The notes below the pieces were generated by a model. It was given only the letters and a program-made list of their open reading frames with translations, searched no databases and was not told where the DNA came from. Below, in pieces: positions 13,447-25,953 of a stretch of 64,000 nt of DNA (the first letter of the stretch is position 1; each line of letters begins with the position of its first letter). A program made the translations under genes and the position numbers. The stretch comes from Azolla caroliniana (taxonomy: Eukaryota; Plantae; Polypodiophyta): contig JBHGNT010000012.1 in assembly GCA_043228905.1 (NCBI GenBank), positions 18,724,001 to 18,788,000 on the forward strand, written 5' to 3'.

Positions 13447-15469
13447 TGTCGAGGAAATCCTCATGGATGCGTAGAAGTCGGGCAGGACCACGGGGGTCTC
13501 GAACCAAGGAATCAGGAAAACGAGGAGGGAGGAGTTTGGGGACCGCGTAGGTCTTGAGACCACGGGATAGCGGGTAAGTCTAGCGAACGAGAGAGAGCAA
13601 GAGAATCACGCGTAGACACAGACATGAACAAAGACACTGAGAACGGAGTATGTTAGGTAGAAAGAGTTCTATTAAAACCCAGGTGCACGGTGTCGCATTG
13701 TTACGCGCGTGCATGGGGAACAAGGTGGGACCACCGGGGTCTTGGACCGAGAAATAGCTGAGAAGGAGGAGAGCGGAAAGGCAACGGACTTTCTTGCACA
13801 CACACAAACACGGGTGCACGTAGGAATCACAGTCCAACAACACGGCAAAATGAGACAACTTGAAGTCCGAGTATATGAACACGTATGTATATTAATATAT
13901 GTATATATATCGAGACGGTTACAACTAATAGGCCGGCAAGGCGTACACCGACGCCTGTTCACTCACACACACAGAAGAGCGAGATGGGGACTCTGTCGGA
14001 AGCACACAGGCATTCCACGGAGCAGAGTCGGCCTCCCGAAAACCTGCGCAAAACTGGCTATGGAGAGTGGTAGAGGAGAAGGGCTCAATCCCAGTCCGGC
14101 AGCATTTCCCTCTCTAACGCGCAATCCCTTTCCCATTCCTCTCCCTCTCTTTTATAGCCCAAGGAGGGAGGCCGTTATCATCTGTTACATCATATTAATT
14201 CTCTGTCCTTTCGAACAGAGATACACCTTGATTCACTCCCTATTGAGTGCATGCTACCGAGGATTTCCTCTCAACCGACTTGTACCTACCTACTTACTAT
14301 ACAACGAAAAGTGTGCTCGCGTGTAAGGGCCGGTTTACACACGCTAAACTCGGTTTCAGCCTAGGGACGGTTTTCTTCACGACATCTGCCCCCACCTAAA
14401 CACACGTCCACCGATATGCGCCAAAATCGGCTCTTGCTGGAGAAAACCGGTCCATGCTTTACTCCTCGTCTTCCGGTTCGTCATCCGCCTCGGACCGCCC
14501 ATCGCCGTCGTGCATGCTTCCCAGGTTCGGCACGCACTCGTTTCGTTTCTTAAACGCTTTGACCCTCTTCCCCTCTACCGGTATTGCCATCCTCGTACCG
14601 TCGAGCTCCGCAAGATGGTAGGTCTCGTTGTTGTTGGCGCTTGACCATGGTTGTTAGGTACGTTAGGTACGGTACTGATACCATACGTATTTAACGTATT
14701 AATACGGGTATAGTACCTCCCAATTTTAAAATACGTTAAATATGTTTTTTAGTATGTTAAATACCTATAAAATACATAAAATACGTATAGTACGTTAAAT
14801 ACGTTAAATACTTCTAGAATTTGAAATTTATTTACTTTCTTAAAAAATATTTGTAATATTGTAATATTGTAACCGTGTATATGCAATGTAACGAAGCATT
14901 CCATGTCTGTAGTTGCATCTTAAAAGTACTAAAGGGCAAATCGAGCAAATATGAGAATCAAAAGGATACAAATCAACAAATCAAATAGATATTTGTTAGG
15001 TAAAAAAAAACCCAAACTTGTTGGGCATTTACAACAACAGCCAAGGCCACGAAGCAAAAATTGTATATCCCTCACATGATTGAGGGAATTCACATGATGA
15101 GTCATGACAAGCTAAAATTCTACAAAAAAAATCGTACTTTTGACAAAAACAACACTTTGACAAGAAGTGCAACATACCTATTGAAGAAAAGACCACATCT
15201 TTTGATTTGGAAAAAACCTTCAGAACACATAACATCAAATATTTGAGATACACTTACATTGCATTTTGTCAAAGAAATAGAATGCATTGTAGGAACAAAA
15301 TTTAGAAAAAAACCTTAACAACACATAACATCAGATATTTGACTTCTAAGAACACATAACTTGAACTATGTCCAAGACTCCAATGTACCAAAATGGGCTT
15401 AGATCAAAGAAAAGTAACATATGGCTATTGAGCTTAGTAATAATGTATAGAAATCAGAAATATTAGTCA

Positions 15470-18182
15470 TTAGATCTCGTCCTCATCACAATCACCATCT
15501 TCATCATCAGATTCAGTGTTAGTTGATGACATCAACATAGGTTCTTCGTCAGTAAGATCATCATAATTTGTATGAATTGCTTCTTCTATTCCATTGACAT
15601 TATCTTGATCATTTGGTGGTAAAGAAGCAAATGTACTTGATCTTGTTATTCTCCTATTACAAGAAGACCGCTCATCATCTCTTCTTGGCCTCTGCCTCCG
15701 TATTCGATCAATAGGGACTCCATCTCTTGATGTTGTTGTATGTGATCTTGTCATGCTCCTTGTCGTTCTTCTCATGCTCATTGTTTCTTGAAAATAAGTT
15801 TCATAGAATTCTCTATCCATATCATTCTCGTGGCTAATAGATGGAATATCAGGAGTCTTAGAGACATCTATCTCATTTGGATTCACCTGCAAACAAGATT
15901 ATAAAAGCTTAACGAAATTTGAGGAATGTAAATTATAAGAAGTGAATAAAACAATACCTGCATTGGAGATGCATTCACAGTCTCAAACTTGCGAACTAGC
16001 CTTAAGTTCTCTCGCACATATACCAATCGTTCAAGTTGTGCTACCTTTAGTCTGTTTCTATTTTTTGTATGTGCGAGAGCATGTGCATTCCAATTCCTTT
16101 TTGTTGCCCCAGAAGAGCAATCCTAATAGAAAACAAAATATGAAATAAAAGGTAGTACACAAAAGTGCCGTATTTTAGAACTTAACTATAAAATTGATCA
16201 TTTTTTCAAAACTTGACACTTACTTGGGATAATATGCGGACATCTAATGCTTGGAGCTTTGGAGTTCTTCCACCAAAATTTTCCCACCATGTGACTGGCA
16301 TCATCATAGATATCTCTTCACGTGCTAATGCATAGCTAAATGTCCCTGTACCATTTCGATATTCATGCAATTCACGAAATAAGATATCACATTGAAGTGT
16401 CGAGTACAATTTTTCTGTATAGCTCATCCATGCATCCATTAACTCGGGGTTAATAAATGTAGCCTCCTCTCTCCACATCGGATGCAGCAAATGAGCTACA
16501 AGGTGGATCGGCCTCTTGAACCATTTCCATCGTATGTCAAATAACTTCAAAACATCTTCGTACCTAAAAGGGTATTAGTAATTACAAAATGATCTGATCT
16601 TAAAACATGAGAAAACATTTGGAGGTTTAATGCTAGGAAACCATAAAAAATTAAAATAAATATGAAATTTACTTGGATCTGTGGGGGATGTTTTCTTCCA
16701 CTCCTTTTGCTAAAACATCTTTGCTTCTTCGCATAAACTCATATAACAAACCAATAGTGGATCCCTCCCTATCAGTAAGTCGTAAAACACTATACAATGG
16801 TGCCATTAGGGTCAAAAAAACTTGAAACGAGGACTCAGTTGTAGGATCAAGGATGTAGTTCTTTACATTCATGGCATCTGGCTTATTGCAATCTGACCAA
16901 GACCTCCACATGTCACTCACCACTGTTTGCTCAAGAGGATACCAAACTTTGAGCAAACGTTGTATGACAAGGTACATCACACCAAACCTTGTCTTAGAAG
17001 GTCTCAAGATGGCGAGGTTATTGTGAGCAGAAATTTTTTTCCTAGCATTCCTCTTCTTGCAAAAAAAACGTACGATATTATTTGCTTTCAACATAATACT
17101 TTTCATCCAAGGCAGCTGACCAATGTCCTCCAAAAGTAGATCCAAAGAATGGGTTGCACATGGAGTCCAAACAATATTAGGGAACTCTGATTCTAGCAAA
17201 GACCCCATGCGGACACAACTAGATGCATTGTCTGAAATGACTTGGACCACATTTTCCTTACCAACTTCTCTAATTGCCTCTGAAATTCTTTCAGCTAACC
17301 AAGAGCTATCAACTGTTGGTGTTGTATTAGCATGACTACAATCAATGGACTTAAGGAAGATTGTCCCATAACAAGATGATACGAGGACATTTACAAGTTG
17401 CCTATGAGAAACATCAACCCATCCATCTGTTAATATAGAACAACCATACTTGGGCCATAATCCTTTTACCCTTTCTAACTTTGCTTGCAAGGATATAACC
17501 TCATTTTTCAAGCCTTTCGTCCTCATGTAATTATATGTGACTCCATTATGTTTCTCTCCAATTGTAGAGAAAGCTTCTAACATGTTCCACCAACATGGTG
17601 TTTTTAATAGATTAAATGACAAAATTTGCTTCAATGATACATCTCACCTCCATAACGTTTGCATGTTGTTTCCTTTGCATTTGTAACACATGTCCTTTAC
17701 GCAACGGTTGTTGTTTCACTATAATTGCTGGTGGATATGGTTGGCGACTACCACCACCCATACATGACATGCTTTGACTTTCATCAACAAAGGTAGACGA
17801 GCATGAGGTAGAAACACCTAAAAGAAAAAAAAATTCAAGATAAATAATTTACAATTATTTAAACATTAGTAATCAAGACACCTATTGTAGGCTTGTGTCT
17901 ATACCTTGTTCAGGCATGTTGAATGAGTTGATCTCTGCTACTATATCTTCTTCTTCGCCAATTGCTTGGCTTCCACGTAAGGTCAATCAACATTTCCTTG
18001 GGGACATTGGTACATTTCGTTACTCCATGGCTAGGTTTTCCAATTAAATGAGCAATCATTCGTGTTGCTGACCCATGCATATGTTTGTTGCAAAATTTAC
18101 AGTTCCAACTCCTATTTCCTGTTTGACTTCTTACGACATTGAGGCAACATGTATCCCAATATTTGTTCTTAATGGGCGGCAT
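15470..18182 (-). pseudogene. hAT transposase (BED zinc finger, DUF659-type catalytic region, dimerisation domain), intron-containing, frameshifted
   Basis: WNCKFCNK...HL...C BED finger; SILTDGW, QVISDNAS, WTPCATHSLDLLLEDIG, TRF and WWENFGG..P.LQ motifs; GT-AG introns. Has a 17-bp deletion relative to copy 2. Confidence 0.9.
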
Positions 18183-18524
18183 TTTCCTTCTTTACGACAT
18201 TGAGGAGCAAGATTATATGAATGCATTAAAGCAAATCGAAGAACTAAAAACTTTGAATAGATCAACCTTCAGGGAGGATGAGGATTATACTACTTTAAAT
18301 AAGCAACTACAGGATACTCAAGAGTATCTTTTATTCATAGAAAGCAAATACAAGAAAATGTTACAATTAAGGACATGTATAAAAACAGAAAATTCAACTC
18401 TTTTGGAAGCTAAAAAAGAAAGCAAAAATTACCATAACTTAACTAAAGAGCCTTAATGCTTAACGTAATAACGACATGCATAAAAGCAAAAAATTCAACA
18501 AGTTTGGAAGCCAAAAGGGAAGTA

Positions 18525-18975
18525 GAATTTGGTCAAGAAATCCATCTTGAAGATGTACAGAAAGGGTTCGATGAAGATCTATTTATTCATAGTGCTTTGC
18601 TAGATATGTATGTCAAATGTGGATATATAGTGGAAGTGCAAAATGTTTTCAACCGAATGTCCAATCGAGATGTGGTATTATGGACAACATTGATTGCATG
18701 ATATGCTGAGCATGGACCCGTTGAGGATGCACTGAAAAGCTTTGAAAAGATACAAGATGAGGGGATACTTATTACTACCAAACACTTTCACCTTTTCTTG
18801 TGTCTTAAAGGAATGCTCTCATTGGAGGGTTTGTTGAGTATAGAACTACTGAGAAAGCATTAGATTCTTTCGATAAAATGCAAGTTGATGGAATCTTTCC
18901 GGATGCATATACATTGCCCATGTCCTAAAAGTGTGCGGTTTATTAGGGCCTACAGATAAAGGACAATCCATGTAT
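18525..18975 (+). pseudogene. Captured PLS-class pentatricopeptide repeat (PPR) gene fragment inside hAT copy 1
   Basis: GQEIH...DLFIHSALLDMYVKCG..VEVQNVFNRMSNRDVVLWTTLIA*YAEHG..EDALKSFEKIQDEGI is typical of S/P PPR motifs. Confidence 0.85.
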
Positions 18976-19644
18976 ATGGAGGCTGTATTGAAAGGGTTCT
19001 AGCAAGTGCACATTTATTCATACCCATCACATTCAAAAGCAGACAACCAAAACCATGATATTCCAAAAAATGAGTAGTTGTTAACAAAAATAAATATGCA
19101 TTGCAAATGATAAAAAATGGGACATCATTAAAAAAGGACCAAGCACTTTTCCCATGACACGAAATTGAGATCTTCAATGTTTCTGGAAACCAATGTCATT
19201 TATAGTAACATGGAAAGTAAATTAGAATGATCAATTTCTGAAATGAATTCAAATGGGATACAACCACTAAAATCAATAAGCAAAGGATTAACTAATGCTA
19301 CAAATTGTGAAAGATTTTGAACACATTGTCTACATGTATACATACATGTTTGAGTTTCAACACATGGTTCCTATAATATTTGATCTCAACACTTGCAAAG
19401 AGGAGAGTTTTATTGCATGACGTCAATTACAATTGTCTACCAATTTGTTACTTGTATAGATGCATTATTGTGGAATAGATAGATTGCTGGACACAAGCAT
19501 ACGTAAACTAGATCAACTAAAAATTAAATCTCCCTTGTCATTTGGTATTATCATACAACTTGACATTGGAATACAACAAAATGGGAGGTATACTTAATCA
19601 TAAAAAATAAAAGAAAGAAACATATTCACTAACCTGATTTTATT

Positions 19645-19867
19645 TTCTTCTTCTTCTTCTTCTTCTTCTTCTTCTTCTTCTTCTTCTTGTGCTTCTTCTT
19701 TTTCTTCTTCTTCTAGTGCTTCTTCTTCTTCTTCTTCTTCTTCTTCTTCTTCTTCTTCTTCTTCTTCTGCTTTTTCTGCTTCTTCTTCTTCTTCTAGTGC
19801 TTCTTCTTCTTCTTCTTCTTCTGCTTTTTCTGTTTCTTCTTCTTCTTCTTCTTCTTCTTCTTCTTCT

Positions 19868-19902
<35 letters not shown>

Positions 19903-19903
19903 T
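19645..19903. repeat. (CTT)n/(GAA)n microsatellite in hAT (shorter version at 60921-61070)
   Basis: Direct reading. Confidence 0.95.
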
Positions 19904-20157
19904 AAGTCTATTCTATCCGTCTTTCTTCCTTCCTTCTATTTTACTAAAGTTGTTCTTTTCTTTTGCTTTCTTTAGGGTTTTACTCACATTTTCTATAAAT
20001 ACGTACTATACGTATTTTTTTAAAGGTACATTAAATACCGTATTAGACGAATGTATATGACATTTGAATGAACAACTTTGACGTATGGTACGTACTATAC
20101 AAATAAGAAGGTATTATACGTATTGATATGTTAAATACGCGTACGTAAACAACGTTG

Positions 20158-23092
20158 CGCCTGAGACCACGTAAGGCCCGAACCACCTCCTTGCAAACTT
20201 CCGTGTTGCCCTGTGCTGGTTGTCGAGGCTGCTGTCATACACTAGGACCCACTCGCCTTCCTCGATTTTCTTCGGTCGCAGTCGGTGAGTCTGGTCAAAC
20301 CGCCCTTTGTTCTTCAACCTTGCCAACCGAAGCTTCTCCGCGGCTCCTTCCACGTCCTCCGGCCTTCGCTCGAGCTGTCGAATCCATGCCGCTAGCAGCT
20401 CCTCCCGACTCATCTCATCTCTCCAGTCCACCGTGGCCCATGAGGAAATGGTTCGCTCCGTTGGCATGATCGGCTTTTGTCCGTACATCGTAATTCGGTC
20501 CGCCCACAAGGCATAAGGTACCAGTCGCGGCTAGTTCCCGAGTTGGCCTTCACACGCCCGTACTAGCACTTTGACGATCGGCTCGTGTCCGCGCTCCACC
20601 TTCCTGTTAGCCTCTAGATTGTACGATGTGGTGAGCGAGAGTTTGACCCCTAGTCGGTCAAACAGCTCTTCAACCTCTTGCGCATCCAACTCTCCGCGGT
20701 CAACCACGATCTTTCCTACGCTCCCATACCGACATATCACGTCCTCGATCAGAAACCGGCACACAGCCGTGGTCGATTTGTTCTGCAGCGCTCGGCCTTC
20801 AACCTGGTTCGTCAGATCCTCCCGAGCCAGCACCAGATACCGCATTTGTCCTACCCCCATCGGCATCGTCACCAAATCCACCATCCATTTGAAGTGGACA
20901 GTCGGAGGGTAGGTCGGGTGAAGCTCGTCCCGATGTCGGATTATGGAGTGCATTTGACAGCTTTTGCAAGTCGTCACGAACCTATGCACATCCTGGTACA
21001 GTCCCGGCCACCAGTACTTCCCCTTTAGCTTCTCAAATGTGGCCCACATTTTGTGGTGTCCGGCCCAGGGACTCTCGTGGTAGGCCTCTAGCAACTCCTC
21101 TTGTTCCTCCTTCTTCGCCACCACTCGGAGCGGGATGTCGTCCCTCTTCTTCAGGTGCTTCCATATGTACCCGTCCCGAAGGAAGAATCGGTACGCTTTC
21201 TTCCGGATCCGGTTGGTCTCTTCCTTTGTCCACGCCGTGTCCGCTGTCATTGTTTTCAGGAGCCCGCCGATCTGGAGCCACTCCCCGTCATACTTGCTCT
21301 CGTCGAATTCGTTAAGCGCCGGAGTGCTCCCCTTTCTGGTTGTCACATATGCCGCCTCGAAGAAATCTACGCCGACTTCCTTGTCCTCTGAAACCATGTC
21401 GTCCTCGTTTTCGAACCTCGCCCTTGAGAGCATGTCGGCCATGGCATTGTCCTTTCCGGAAATGTGTTGTATCTCCGGATTCAGGGACTTCATGTACGCT
21501 ATCCACTTGAGCATTGCCAGGTCCAGCGTCACGCATCCAGAAACCATGCCGAGAATCGGCAAGCAGTTTGTCTCGATTATTACCTCTATCCCGATCAGGT
21601 AGTCTTTATCGGCCTTCATCGCCGATACGATACCCCAGAGTTCACGTTTAACCTGGGCGTATCCTCGTTGTCGCTCACTGAGGACCTTCGCGCCGAACCG
21701 GATGGGGAACCTCGTGCCAACATCATCCTCTTGATTGATCACCCACCCGATCCCAGTCGGGCTCGAGTCCACCGTCACATAGATGGGGACGCCCTTGCCA
21801 TAAGCCACTTTACGGAGAGCTGGTGCTACAGTAAGCGCCTCCTTTAGTATTCGGACCGACTCCGTGTGCTCCGTCCTCCACTCGAACCTATGCCCTTTCT
21901 TCAATAGCCCGTAGAGTGGCTCCGCAACATGCGCATAGTGTGGAATCCAAATGTGGTAGAACGCGCACGCCCCCAAGAATCTGCGGACCTCCGTAACCAA
22001 CCCGCAGTCGTCCTTCATTGTGGAGATGGCTTCTACCTTTGCCGGAGACGGTTTCCTACCGTAAGGCCCGCACAGGTGTCCGACCACCAAGATCTCTGAC
22101 TGCCCGAACGCCAGTTTTTCTCCGGAGAAGGTGAGTTGTGCACTCTCGAGCCTCTGCAGCACCTTCTTGCGGTCGTTGATGTGGTTCACTACGAACCTCC
22201 GGCATCCGTCCGGGCCGACAATCTCATCCGCATCTCCCACTAGAAACCCCTTTATCGGGATGTCGTCCAAGAATGGCATGGTGATGTCCGGGATGCAGTC
22301 CCTCAGCACTTTGTTCATTGCGTTCACCATATGCGCCACCGAGTTCGTCCCGCCATCTGGTAGGGTACACATCCGTACTAGGCCGAGAGGGGTTCGCATC
22401 GTCGTGACATCCCTGCTCTCCACGGCTAGCTAGAACTGGTCGTACCCCGAGTACAAGTCACCGACCGAATAGATCGACCTCCCAGGGAAGGCCTCCGCGA
22501 ACTCGTCTATGGTCGGTCTGATCCCTGCATAACGGATGGTCACCCTGTTAACCGGTTGCAGGTCCTGAATGAAGCGCAGCGTGCCGTTCTTCTTCGGCAC
22601 CGTAAACCACCGATTCGAATACGGGGCACTCGACGGTTCGAGGATGCCCATCTCCACCTTTTGCTTCAGAAGCTCCATCAACTTCGATATGTGAGCTCTC
22701 GGCACCGGAATTGTTTTGAGATTCCACGGTACATGCGGTACCGTAAAGATCACCATCGGTTCGACGATCGTCAGGTCTACGCACCCAATCTCCTCCGGCG
22801 AGAACGCGAAGGCTTTCCCATGCCTTCCGAGCATTCTCCGAAACCTGTTCTCCTCCGCCGTCAGTCGTAAGCCACCCCCACCGACCTTGAGCTCCCATAG
22901 CGTTATGTCGGTGAACCGGTGCCCTATGCCAGCCGGATTCCGTAAACTTGGGTCCGACGCGACCCCCTTTATCTGCTCCTCGCTGCCCTCCGGCAAGGGT
23001 GTCGCGACCAGCCTTACCTTCCGGTCCACAATCTTGTACTTTGTACTCACACGAGCTGTCCGATCCGACCCGATCCTTTCCCCAAAGTCCGT
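20158..23092 (-). pseudogene. Z pol (RT, RNase H, integrase), few stops
   Basis: FLDDIPIKG RT motif, VTVDSSPTGIGW RNase H, YHESPWAGH...CKSC zinc finger, WMVDLV...VDRGE integrase core and WFGPYVV. Confidence 0.9.
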
Positions 23093-23679
23093 TGTCGTGA
23101 AGAAAACCGTCCCCAGGCGCAAACCGTGTATAGTGTGTGTGAACCGGCCCTTACACATGGGCACGTCCCTTGTCGTATAGTAGGTAGGAAGGCGCAAAGG
23201 TTAGATCCTAGGTAGCAATATTCTATAGGGAGAATCGAGGAGTATCTCTATCCGAAAGGATAGAGAATTAATGTGATGTAAACGGGCAAGATGGCCTCCC
23301 TCTTTGAGCTATAAAAAAGAGGGAGATGGGGGAGAGAGGGATCGCGCGCTAGAGGGGACGAAGTGCTGCCGGACTGGAACCGAGCTCTTCTCCTCTTTCG
23401 TTCTCCATAAGCTTTCTTTGCGCAGGTTCTTGAGAGGTTGATTCTGCTCCGTGGAACGCCCGTGTGCTTCCAGGAGAATCTCCATCTTGCTCCCCTGTAT
23501 GCGTGGGTGATTAGGCGTCGACACCCGACTCGCCGACCTGATCGGCTGTAACCGTCCAAGTCATCTGCATACATATATTTATATATGTGTTCTTATACTC
23601 TACCTCCTACCCCAACATGTGTCTCTTGTGTTGATCGGGCTGCGTTCCCGCGCGCTTCTTTGTCTATCCGTGTGTGAGC

Positions 23680-23729
<50 letters not shown>

Positions 23730-23841
23730 ACCTATTCCTCGGTGCAAGACCCCAGTGGTCCCATCTTGTTCTCCACGCACGCGCGTAACAACGCGACATA
23801 TTTGGTGAACCCGACGTGAACAGGCGGCAGAGGAGTAGAAG

Positions 23842-25953
23842 ATGAGGGGGTCGGACCTTGCAGAAGCCATGGCTTCGGCTGTGGACTGTATAGTGAGTGT
23901 GCGCGAAGGCACCGGCGCCCTTGATAGGGCTATCGAGGCGGTTGTCGGTACGATCTGCCGGTTTAGTGGGAAGGATGCCACGAGCTACGTGGCGTCCTAC
24001 CGGGCTGAGATGGTAATAAGGGACATTCCGAAAGAGAGGCAACTAGCCGGATTCCCTCGAGTGGCGATGCCGGGCATCCATGCGGAGGTGCTCGAGGTAC
24101 GGGCCGAGAGCCGGACCTAGGAAGAGTTCGAAGGTCGGCTCCTCGAAAGATACGGGCTTGAAGATGCGCTTCGACTTTCGAAGCGGGACTTCATGGAGTG
24201 GGTGGAGACCCCCGACAAAGGAAGGAATGCGTCAGTGCTCCTTCGGGAGTTTGAGGAACGCTTCGCGCGCCTCTCGGTGCATGACCAGACCGTTCTGGAC
24301 ACAAGCCGTGTCCTATTGTTTGTTAAGTTGGTTGACGAGCGGGATTGGGAGCAGGTAGGCCTCCTGTTGGAGACTGACGACGGGCTAACGGCCGACTGGG
24401 CCGTGGTGAAAAGGGTCTGTGGCCGTTTCGAAAAACGGCGGGAATGGGTTGACAAAGGGTCGACAAGGGCGGGCTCTGTCGCAGCAAGGAAGCTCGAGCC
24501 AACACCACCAACGCGAAGGGAAGAGACCCGAGATTGGCTGGAGACCGGGTCGGCTTCAACCGGCATGGTCAAGGGCTCAATCGGGGGAGCAGCTCTGGAG
24601 GAGCTAACGCGGATGGTAAAGGATCTCCAGATCGCCCAGCCACGGAGGGATGGTGGCGAACAGGCCCGTGACCGACGACCTCTGGATGAAAACATGTGCA
24701 TGTGGTGTGATGCGGTCGGGCACATCCGGAAGGACTGCGGGGACTTCGCCGAGGCGGTGAGAAGCAACGTGGTGTACCTGTGGAACGGTCGGGTGCATGC
24801 CAGCGAGACCCGAAGGGCCTTGAATCTGAACGTCGGGCGAGGGGGTAGGAAAAGGTTGATGGAGGAGGCGGAGACCGTCCACTACTCGGCGTCAGTTGGT
24901 ATTCGGGTCGGAGGTGGCGAGGCCCCGAAGACGAACAAAGCCGGATTCTGCCCGACGATGCTAGAAGGCCTCGTCGGCGCACGACTAAGGAAAGAAGAGG
25001 TGGAACGCGCGGAAAAACGGGTCTGGGAGGTGACCCGGTGGAGTGACCCGGTGGAAGAAAAGACGGGCTTCGTCGAAGCCGCTTGTCAAAACTACGAGGC
25101 TCTAGTGGAGGACAAGCGGATAGGGAAAACCGGAGGGGCTCGGCCCTCGCAACGATATGAAACTCGGTTCGGGCAAAGGCGGAATGAGGCCGGTGTAACT
25201 GGCGCCCAGGATAATCCCAAGAGGGGCGGATACCGGCTGGGCACAGAAATCGAAAGAACCCCGGACCTGCGAAAGGTCCTGGAAGAACGAATCCTCAACA
25301 GCAAGGTGGAACTGTCGCTGAGGGAAGCGCTCGGGATCGCCAAGAAGGAGTTCCACGACTCCATCGTAGACTTGGTGAAGAGGAAGAGGCTGTCAATGGA
25401 GGAAGAACCGGAGAAGCCGGTGGAGGTGCGAACGACGCACATAGAGGACATGACGCTGGATGACGAGTTGGTGGAGAGCCACTATTCGAGGCCGCACTGG
25501 GCCAGAGCGACTACGGAGACCCCCGTGAAGATCGGAGAGGTTCATGAACCGGTGGTGGCGTTGGTAGACCACGGTTCAGAAATCAATTTGATGTCCATGG
25601 ACTTCTACAAGAAAGGGAAATGGCCGATCAACACCAAGCACGGATGGAAGATACGGGCAGCGACGCGTGGCACCGAAGAACTGCATGGAGCCTGCCCGAA
25701 TGTACGAGTAAACATCGGCGATGTCGAGATTGACCAGCACTTCTTCGTGCAGGAGACGTCCTCACATCCGGTTATACTAGGAGAACCGTACATCACGGCA
25801 GCACGGATGGAGACCAAGGTGCTGGACAACGGCTCGGCCTATGCAAGGGTCAAGAGCCAGGATGGGCGTCACTCAGTCCAGTTCCTGACGGTGAGACCGA
25901 CCCATGAGCGGAACCGTGAGACCCTCGGGGGCGAAAGCCGAGAGAATTTTTAG
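23842..25953 (+). pseudogene. Y gag-protease (one premature TAG at 24118)
   Basis: Gag, CMWCDAVGHIRKDC knuckle, DUF4100-like segment, protease ALVDHGSEINLM...VILGEPY. Confidence 0.88.

Larger units (their letters stand above)
14646..20157 (-). mobile_element. hAT DNA transposon, copy 1
   Basis: Imperfect TIRs CATGGTTGTTAGGTACG / CAACGTTGTTTACGTACG, degenerate 8-bp TSD CGCTTGAC/CGCCTGAG, TACGT-rich subterminal repeats and a transposase inside. Confidence 0.88.

Noticed and set aside
13709-14326. ORFs within LTRs (also 2222-2748, 27619-28366, 35801-36396)
   Set aside because: They have no domain motifs and arise from LTR or microsatellite sequence.
18456-18701. Host PPR gene
   Set aside because: It is short, has an internal stop and frameshifts, and lies inside the hAT termini in both copies.
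19689-20060. Poly-leucine membrane-protein ORF (also 60764-61012)
   Set aside because: It is a translation of the (CTT)n microsatellite.
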